A DNA stretch of 64,000 nt. It comes from Flavobacteriaceae bacterium. GTDB taxonomy: Bacteria; Bacteroidota; Bacteroidia; Flavobacteriales; Flavobacteriaceae. Of the stretch, positions 57,682-64,000 are shown piece after piece (the first letter of the stretch is position 1; each line of letters starts with the position of its first letter). The stretch lies in the NCBI GenBank assembly GCA_040880345.1, contig JBBDIQ010000034.1, positions 20,566 to 84,565 of the forward strand, given 5' to 3'. The notes beneath the pieces were generated by a model. It ran no database searches, was not told where the DNA came from, and was given only the letters and a program-made list of their open reading frames with translations. The position numbers were made by a program, and so were the translations under genes.

Positions 57682-57732
57682 GAGGAGAATGGTTTTTAAT
57701 TTCCGGTAAAGATTTTTGAATATGGGAGTGAA

Positions 57733-57776
57733 CTATACTACAGAGAAGCATAGAGTAGCTCAAAGTTTCGCTGAGG
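57733..57776. repeat. Degenerate CACAGAG-family half element
   Basis: tacagag, catagag, ctcaaag, cgctgag at 10-bp period from 57739. Confidence 0.6.
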
Positions 57777-57802
57777 AATCTGTAAACTAATTAAAAGAAT
57801 TG

Positions 57803-57832
57803 TATCTTTGATAGTATCATATGATACTATCA
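57803..57832 (+). promoter_or_regulatory. fic promoter -7 box and perfect 24-bp palindrome
   Basis: TATCTTTG at 57803-57810; TGATAGTATCATATGATACTATCA at 57809-57832; ATG at 57835. Confidence 0.72.
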
Positions 57833-57834
57833 CA

Positions 57835-58794
57835 ATGAAACCTCCATACGATATCACGCCCGAAATTTTAAAGTTAGTAAGCACTATTTCAGAAAAAATA
57901 GGGGTAATCAACGCCAACTATTTGGACAAGCCTTCCCCGACCTTAAGGAAACAAAACAGAATTAAAACCATCCATGCTTCACTAAAAATTGAGGGAAACA
58001 CCTTGACGGAAGAACAAATCACAGCGCTTCTTGAAGAGAAACGAGTCATTGGTCCAAAAAAAGATGTTTTGGAGGTGCTAAATGCTATTACCATTTACGA
58101 AGACCTAAAAAAGTACCATCCCAATGATGAAAAAGCCTTTTTAAAAGCCCACCGGGATTTAATGAAAAACCTGATCGATGATGCCGGAGCCTACCGAAAA
58201 CAAGGAGTTGGGATTGTAAAAGGAGAACAAGTTGAACATGTGGCTCCGCCCTTTGGGAATGTACCTTATTTGATGAAAGACCTTTTTAATTACTTAAAAA
58301 AGTCAGACGAAATAGCGTTGATAAAGAGTTGCGTTTTTCATTATGAAATGGAATTTATCCATCCGTTTTCAGATGGAAACGGCAGAATGGGAAGGTTATG
58401 GCAGACCTTACTATTAATGGAAAAATACCCCGTTTTTGAGTTTCTGCCTTTTGAAACGATGATTTCCAATGATCAGGAAAAATATTATGCTGCTTTGGCG
58501 CGAAGCGACAAATCAGGAAATTCAACAGCTTTTATTGCTTATATGCTAAGGGTCATCGATGCTTCAATTAACAAGCTATTGGATTACAATAATCGAACGT
58601 TTACAGAACAAGACCGGCTTGACTATTTTATTTCCTTAAACCAAAATGAATTTTCACGTAAAGAGTATATGGATGTGTTTAAAGATATCTCTTCAGCAAC
58701 CGCCAGCAGGGATTTAAAAAGGGGTGTGGAATTAAATCTTTTTAAACGCGTGGGGGAAAAGAACAAAACAACTTATGAAATTATAAAGCTTTGA
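57835..58794 (+). CDS. Fic family protein with C-terminal HTH-like domain
   Basis: HPFSDGNGRMGR Fic motif; C-terminal SSATASRDLK; ATG 57835 preferred. Confidence 0.92.
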   Translation: MKPPYDITPEILKLVSTISEKIGVINANYLDKPSPTLRKQNRIKTIHASLKIEGNTLTEEQITALLEEKRVIGPKKDVLEVLNAITIYEDLKKYHPNDEKAFLKAHRDLMKNLIDDAGAYRKQGVGIVKGEQVEHVAPPFGNVPYLMKDLFNYLKKSDEIALIKSCVFHYEMEFIHPFSDGNGRMGRLWQTLLLMEKYPVFEFLPFETMISNDQEKYYAALARSDKSGNSTAFIAYMLRVIDASINKLLDYNNRTFTEQDRLDYFISLNQNEFSRKEYMDVFKDISSATASRDLKRGVELNLFKRVGEKNKTTYEIIKL

Positions 58795-58956
58795 AAGCCA
58801 TCCAAAACTCTGTATTATTTTTTCCTGAGAGATTCTTCTCCAAACCCCAGTAAATGTTGTAGCAGGTTTAGATAAACTTCTCTCGCTTATTCCCCCAATT
58901 TAATGTGGGTTTAAGGCAATATAAATCCTTTTAAGTTTAAATTGAACTTACGTTAT

Positions 58957-59106
58957 TTACGATTTTTGATACTCTTTTGATCGCGTACTGCCGTGACCTC
59001 CCGCCACAATGAGCATTACTTTTAATCCCAGCCAAATAAATTTGATAAATTGCCAAACGGGATTTTGCATCCAGAAGCGTTTACTTTTTGAAATTCGTTG
59101 TGTCAT
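58957..59106 (-). CDS. 49-aa putative membrane peptide downstream of the SQR-like gene, not in the ORF track
   Basis: MTQRISKSKRFWMQNPVWQFIKFIWLGLKVMLIVAGGHGSTRSKEYQKS; starts 12 nt after the SQR stop. Confidence 0.6.
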   Translation of the reverse strand: MTQRISKSKRFWMQNPVWQFIKFIWLGLKVMLIVAGGHGSTRSKEYQKS

Positions 59107-59118
59107 AACGTTAGATTT

Positions 59119-60576
59119 TTATTCCGGTAGTAACCACCAGAAGGGTTTCATTTTTGCTTTATACATAAACACATAGTGAAGCATCAGTTTGAGCCAGTGA
59201 CCTGCCAATCCTATTTCACCAAAGGTTTTTCCAAGTTTTCGACCTTGAGTTTCCGGGTATTTTTTATAATCGGGCACAATAGGAAAGGTTGTGATGCTGA
59301 TACCGTTTCCGGAAAACGAACCAAAGCCTGCAGAGGCAATACAAGCAGCACCCATATTAGCCATAGAGCCTTTATGATCCAGGGAATTTTTTCTTTTTTT
59401 AATGGTGTCAATAATATTGTCTGCTACCAATTTTGCGGTAATTCCTGAAGGCATTCCGGTGCGTGGCGGTGAGGGAAAAATCTCAGTGCCGTTTTTGCTT
59501 TTTCGGGGTTTTGAAATGCTGTGGGGTGGGGCAAAAGCGATTCCTGGTGCAAAGATATTTTTATAGGAAGGGTTTTGATAGGTTTCCGGCCAGTCCTGTG
59601 CTGTCCATTCTTCATAGGGTTTGGATGTATAATCGGCATCTACCAGCATAAAGCCTTTAAAAAGCTTGTCGGTAATCTCGTTGTTGTTTTTGTCAAAGGC
59701 TTTAAAACCGTGTCCTGAAAACGCCGGGATCAGCATGGCAAAGTCAAAGGTTTCAGATTTGTGTTCGCCCTCCAGGTTTTCATAATGGGCAACTCCATCT
59801 TCAATTTTGTTTACTCCCGCTCCCAGAATCCAGTTGATGTTGCGGTCTTCAAAGACCATTTCCACCATTTCGCTGGATTTCATAGTATTGCTGCCATAGG
59901 TGAGCAGCATACCGTCCATCCCAAAATCCCCCAAGCGGTATTCATTGGAAATCCAAGTGATTTCCGCTTTGTCACGCACTTTATGACGGCGGAGTTCTTG
60001 TTCTACATTGAGTATATATTCAAATGCTGCCCCTTGACAGGTAGCTTTACCGTGCCCGGTTCCGATAAGGATTTTTACTTTTTTTCCTTGCTTCATTTCT
60101 TCAATCAAGGCTTTGAGTGCTTTCCAGGTGGGGTCTGCGTGGGTATAGGTACAGACAGAATGGGTTTTGTTTTTTCCGGGGATGAGTCCTTCGGTGGCTT
60201 CAAAATTGAGTTTGGGGCCTGTGGCGTTTATGAGGTAATCGTAAGTTACTTTTTCTGCTGTACCTCTTTGATTTTCTGAAACGTGTTCCACTAAAACATA
60301 GGGTGAATTTTCAGTGGCATCTCCTTCCGGGTAGAAAGTGGTAGCTTTTGCCTGAATAAAATCAATTTTTTTCTTTTTATAAAGGGGTGCCAGGGGGAAT
60401 AGGATTTCCTTAGACTTCATTCTTCCGATACCTACCCAGATATTGGATGGGATCCATTGGTAGTTACTGTTGGGAGATACTACCACGACCTGATGGTCTT
60501 TGGAAAGTTTTCGGCGGAGGTGGGAAGCAGCCACATGACCGGAAATACCGGCTCCCAGGACGACTATTTTTGCCAT
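59119..60576 (-). CDS. sqr: Sulfide:quinone oxidoreductase-like FAD-dependent oxidoreductase
   Basis: VVLGAGISG, YQWIPSNIWV, YDYLINATG, SVCT, TCQGAAFE, PPRTGMPS, ACIAS, C-terminal amphipathic tail. Confidence 0.72.
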   Translation of the reverse strand: MAKIVVLGAGISGHVAASHLRRKLSKDHQVVVVSPNSNYQWIPSNIWVGIGRMKSKEILFPLAPLYKKKKIDFIQAKATTFYPEGDATENSPYVLVEHVSENQRGTAEKVTYDYLINATGPKLNFEATEGLIPGKNKTHSVCTYTHADPTWKALKALIEEMKQGKKVKILIGTGHGKATCQGAAFEYILNVEQELRRHKVRDKAEITWISNEYRLGDFGMDGMLLTYGSNTMKSSEMVEMVFEDRNINWILGAGVNKIEDGVAHYENLEGEHKSETFDFAMLIPAFSGHGFKAFDKNNNEITDKLFKGFMLVDADYTSKPYEEWTAQDWPETYQNPSYKNIFAPGIAFAPPHSISKPRKSKNGTEIFPSPPRTGMPSGITAKLVADNIIDTIKKRKNSLDHKGSMANMGAACIASAGFGSFSGNGISITTFPIVPDYKKYPETQGRKLGKTFGEIGLAGHWLKLMLHYVFMYKAKMKPFWWLLPE

Positions 60577-60627
60577 AATACCATAATTTAGAGTGAAGAA
60601 GTAAGCGCTTTGCTTATTTTCATAGTC

Positions 60628-60672
60628 TAAATGTATTTGATTATGAGCAGATTGAATGTAACAAAAGTCACA
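60628..60672 (-). promoter_or_regulatory. Crp/Fnr-like palindrome plus -7 box upstream of sqr
   Basis: TGTAAC-AAAA-GTCACA at 60657-60672; TACATTTA (minus) at 60628-60635; 21 nt between them. Confidence 0.62.
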
Positions 60673-60787
60673 AAGAGAGTTAATTTTATAATTTTAATTT
60701 TTTAGAGTATCCTGAATTTTATCGGAGAAAAATTTCCAGGAGAGGATGTCTGTATTGGGTTTTTTAAATTAGTCTTTTCGATAATTT

Positions 60788-61909
60788 TCAAGAGGTTTTC
60801 TTATAACTCCAAACTGCCAATCCGTTCATTATTATGGCATAAGCCAGCGTTTTTAAGGCTAGTGGTAAAATATCCATAAAGCCGGAACCTTTGAGCATCA
60901 CCATTCTGATGATTTCTACAAAATATCTAATGGGATTAAACTCAGTGAGAAATTGAGCCCATTTGGGCATACTCTCTATGGGCGTAAACAAGCCGCTCAT
61001 CAAAATAAAAATAACCACAAAAAACCAGGCGATAAACATGGCTTGCTGTTGCGTGTCTGTGAAATTTGAGATGAATAACCCCATTCCTAAAATCACTAAA
61101 ATATACACGGAAGTATACCCATAAAGCAACGCCAAGTTTCCTAAAATGGGGACGTTGAAGATTACTTTGGCAAGAATCAAACCAATGGTTAATAGCGCCA
61201 TTCCAATCACCCAAAACGGAAAGAGCTTACCTATAATAAATTGATGTTTTTTAATAGGCGTTACATTAATCTGCTCGAGTGTGCCTATTTCTTTTTCCCT
61301 AACAATGTTCATTCCTGATAGAAAAAGTGTAATCATCGTTACCAACAACACCAGAATACCCGGCACCATAAAGGTTTTGTAATTTAAGGTCTCGTTATAC
61401 CAAAACAATGGAATGGAATCGATGCTGCTTGGTTTTTGAATAGTGTCAGAAATCTGAACAAAATCTGTCGCAATGCGTTTGTTGTATTTTTGAATAATTT
61501 GACTGATGTAAACGTTGATAATCCCTGCCGCAGCACCGTCTATGGCATCCACATAGACACCTATGGTATTGGTTTTATCATTTTGTAAATCCCTTTCAAA
61601 GTGGTTAGGAATATACATATAGGCATCTATTTCACCTTTTTGCAGTGCTTGGTTGGCGTCTTTTTCAGAAGAAAAATGTTCAGAAATATTGAAATAAGTA
61701 GAACCTTTAAATTGTTCCATTAGCCCTCTGGATAGCCTAGTGTGGTCGGCATCTACATATCCCAATTCAATGTTTTTTATTTCATAAGTAGCCGCATTCG
61801 ATAAAATGACCAATTGCAATATTGGCAATATAAAGATGATGGGCAGCATTCCTTTATTTCTAAAGATTTGCTTGAATTCCTTTCGTATGATGTACAGAAT
61901 TATCTTCAT
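60788..61909 (-). CDS. ABC-2 type exporter permease (YbhR-like)
   Basis: KEFKQIFR, VREKEIGTLEQ, PIESMP. Confidence 0.92.
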   Translation of the reverse strand: MKIILYIIRKEFKQIFRNKGMLPIIFILPILQLVILSNAATYEIKNIELGYVDADHTRLSRGLMEQFKGSTYFNISEHFSSEKDANQALQKGEIDAYMYIPNHFERDLQNDKTNTIGVYVDAIDGAAAGIINVYISQIIQKYNKRIATDFVQISDTIQKPSSIDSIPLFWYNETLNYKTFMVPGILVLLVTMITLFLSGMNIVREKEIGTLEQINVTPIKKHQFIIGKLFPFWVIGMALLTIGLILAKVIFNVPILGNLALLYGYTSVYILVILGMGLFISNFTDTQQQAMFIAWFFVVIFILMSGLFTPIESMPKWAQFLTEFNPIRYFVEIIRMVMLKGSGFMDILPLALKTLAYAIIMNGLAVWSYKKTS

Positions 61910-61910
61910 C

Positions 61911-63017
61911 TTATTCCAGTCTAATTTTATATTTCTTTACACTCAAACCCATAAAAACCAACGCCATTAACAATAATATCAGGGTTTCTTTTAAAACAAA
62001 ACCTAAGCCAATACCTTTTAGCATAATGCCTTTTACAATAATGATAAACCATTTTGCCGGAATGATATTACTAATCACTTGAAGCGGTAAAGGCATACTG
62101 CCGATAGGGAAAATAAAGCCCGAAAGTAAAATAGTGGGCAACATTAACCCCATTAGCGATATCATCATCGCCGTTTGTTGCGTTGCCGATATCGTCGAAA
62201 TTAAAATGCCCAAAGCCAGCGAGGTGATAATAAACAGTACACTTTCAAACCCTAACAAAAACAAACTGCCTTTAACAGGAACATTAAACACAAAAATGCT
62301 CAACAGCACAATGACAAGCGCATTGATTATTGACAGAAAAATATAAGGAAACACTTTGCCAACAATCACTTGAAAGGGTTTTAAAGGCGAAACCAACAAA
62401 ATTTCCATCGTGCCTTGTTCCTTTTCGCGGGTAATGGAAATGGAAGTCATCATTGCCGAAACCAACATTAAAATAACCGTCATTACGCCGGGTACAAACA
62501 TATATACGCTTTTTAGTTCGGCGTTATACACCATTCGGCTTTGAGGTATGATTTGGTAATTAAAGGTGACATTTTCATTAACTTCTTTTTGATAATTTTG
62601 AAGTATGGCGGTGATGTAATTGCTTATAGTGCTCGCCATATTGGGATCTGTGGCATCGGTTAGCACTTGCACAGTTGCCTGTTTTTCTTTGATGAGGTTG
62701 CTGCCAAAATTGTTCTCAAATTGAAGCACCGCTTTCACTTTGCCTTTTTTGAAGATGGATTCTATAGAGGATTCTTGCTCTATAATATCCACAATACTAA
62801 AATGGTTTGACGCAGCTATTTTATGAATGATTTCCTTGGTGGTGGCATCTTTTGACAAGTCTAAAATCGCAATATCTACATTGTTGATTTCGTTGGTGAT
62901 GGCAAAGCCGAACAATAAAATTTGGGCAATGGGCATCCCGAAAAGAATAAACAACGAGCGTTTATCCCTAAAGATGTGGTAAAATTCTTTTCTTACAAAG
63001 CCTATAAATCGTTTCAT
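61911..63017 (-). CDS. ABC-2 type exporter permease (YbhS-like)
   Basis: KEFYHIFRD, TREKEQGTME, SGFIFPI. Confidence 0.92.
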   Translation of the reverse strand: MKRFIGFVRKEFYHIFRDKRSLFILFGMPIAQILLFGFAITNEINNVDIAILDLSKDATTKEIIHKIAASNHFSIVDIIEQESSIESIFKKGKVKAVLQFENNFGSNLIKEKQATVQVLTDATDPNMASTISNYITAILQNYQKEVNENVTFNYQIIPQSRMVYNAELKSVYMFVPGVMTVILMLVSAMMTSISITREKEQGTMEILLVSPLKPFQVIVGKVFPYIFLSIINALVIVLLSIFVFNVPVKGSLFLLGFESVLFIITSLALGILISTISATQQTAMMISLMGLMLPTILLSGFIFPIGSMPLPLQVISNIIPAKWFIIIVKGIMLKGIGLGFVLKETLILLLMALVFMGLSVKKYKIRLE

Positions 63018-63752
63018 TTATTCAATATTTCTCGCCAGTTTCAAAAACACATCGTTCATAGACGCAACTTTAAATTGTTCTTTCAGTTTTTTTGGAGTGT
63101 CGAGTGCTTCAATTTTTCCTTCGACCATTATAGAAACACGGTCGCAATACTCGGCTTCATCCATATAATGGGTCGTTACAAAAATGGTGGTACCATTGTG
63201 TGCGGCTTTGTAAATCATTTCCCAAAACTGACGTCTCGTTATGGGGTCAACGCCGCCTGTGGGTTCATCTAAAAACACAATTTTGGGATCGTGAATTAAG
63301 GATACTGAAAAAGAAAGTTTTTGTTTCCAGCCCAAAGGCAATGAAGCTACCAAGCTGTTGGCAACCTCTTGAAGTCCTAATTCTTCGATGAGTTCGTCAC
63401 GTTTTTCAGCAATTCTTTTTTTTGACAGACCATAGATACCACCAAAAAAAGTAATGTTTTCTTTCACGGTTAAATCATCATACAAAGCAAATTTCTGGCT
63501 CATATAGCCAATGTTTTTTTTGATGGATTCGGTTTCTTTATACACATCAAAACCGGCAACTTTTGCTTGGCCTGAGGTTGGTGCTGAAATGCCAATCAGC
63601 ATTTTCATCGCGGTGGTTTTACCGGCACCATTCGCTCCCAAAAAGCCGAATATTTCCCCTTTTTCAACTTCAAACGAAATGGCGTTTACAGCGGTAAAAT
63701 CGCCAAACATTTTGGTTAATCCTGAAACTTCTATGACCTTGTTGTTGTTCAT
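63018..63752 (-). CDS. ABC transporter ATP-binding protein
   Basis: GANGAGKT, LPLGWKQ, FLDEPT, TTHY. Confidence 0.94.
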   Translation of the reverse strand: MNNNKVIEVSGLTKMFGDFTAVNAISFEVEKGEIFGFLGANGAGKTTAMKMLIGISAPTSGQAKVAGFDVYKETESIKKNIGYMSQKFALYDDLTVKENITFFGGIYGLSKKRIAEKRDELIEELGLQEVANSLVASLPLGWKQKLSFSVSLIHDPKIVFLDEPTGGVDPITRRQFWEMIYKAAHNGTTIFVTTHYMDEAEYCDRVSIMVEGKIEALDTPKKLKEQFKVASMNDVFLKLARNIE

Positions 63753-64000
63753 TGTTTTGCTAGTTCCATAAAGGTGTCCTCAATCGTGGGTGTTGTTTTT
63801 TCAATGTCGATATCAGAAAGATTTTGAGATTCTAAATAATTTCTCAAATCTTCAGGATTAAAACCTTCTCTGCTGTCTGTATAATGCACAAACTCTCCAA
63901 AAGGATAGACGCTGTGGTGGTGCTCGTATGCGTTCAAACTATTGATAAGCGTGTACATATTATTTGCACTTACATTGTAAATGGGTTTGGGGTAGTGTTT
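63749..64000 (-). CDS. 3' end of an upstream ABC ATP-binding-type protein (partial)
   Basis: Frame open to the window edge (KHYPKPIY...); ends PTIEDTFMEL, typical of this exporter family; overlaps the next start. Confidence 0.7.
   Translation of the reverse strand, partial: KHYPKPIYNVSANNMYTLINSLNAYEHHHSVYPFGEFVHYTDSREGFNPEDLRNYLESQNLSDIDIEKTTPTIEDTFMELAKQ

Noticed and set aside
58795-58956. Possible pseudogene between fic and the 49-aa ORF
   Set aside because: No frame gave a recognisable motif; cannot be supported by eye.
15120-60576. Rhodaneses or SQR supplying sulfur to DndC
   Set aside because: Only loose proximity; PT sulfur is known to come from cysteine desulfurases, and these genes have their own regulatory sites and different composition.

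Overview
A 64-kb chromosomal segment from a Bacteroidota bacterium, most likely Flavobacteriaceae. The assignment rests on a T9SS C-terminal sorting domain, TAnnTTTG -7 promoter boxes and AT-rich leaders without Shine-Dalgarno motifs. The left part holds housekeeping and envelope genes, tRNA-Asn(GTT), and an ArsR-controlled organoarsenical-type cluster (arsR, arsE/F/G-like, arsP-like, two rhodaneses, DinB). The centre is a visibly AT-rich defence island (about 21.4-35.9 kb). It carries dndCDE DNA phosphorothioation genes, followed by a single gene with an HTH-HNH-NB-ARC-TPR architecture. Facing them is a five-gene arm: PLD-SF2 helicase, small protein, Zn-hook SMC-like ATPase, DndE-like protein, and a nuclease-like/DGQHR protein. 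No dndA, dndFGH or integrase is visible. Next to the island, a putative HEPN/nucleotidyltransferase-like gene carries an in-frame array of palindromic DNA repeats. The right part has an M14 peptidase, a TPR-MORN/transglutaminase operon, a HelD-like ATPase with an internally deleted partial duplicate, a TolC-MFP-RND operon, Fic, an SQR-like flavoprotein with an uncalled 49-aa ORF, and ABC-2 exporter genes. A Crp/Fnr-like palindrome sits at identical spacing upstream of three promoters. Several families of short phased intergenic repeats recur across the window. All family assignments come from motif recognition by eye; no database searches were run.
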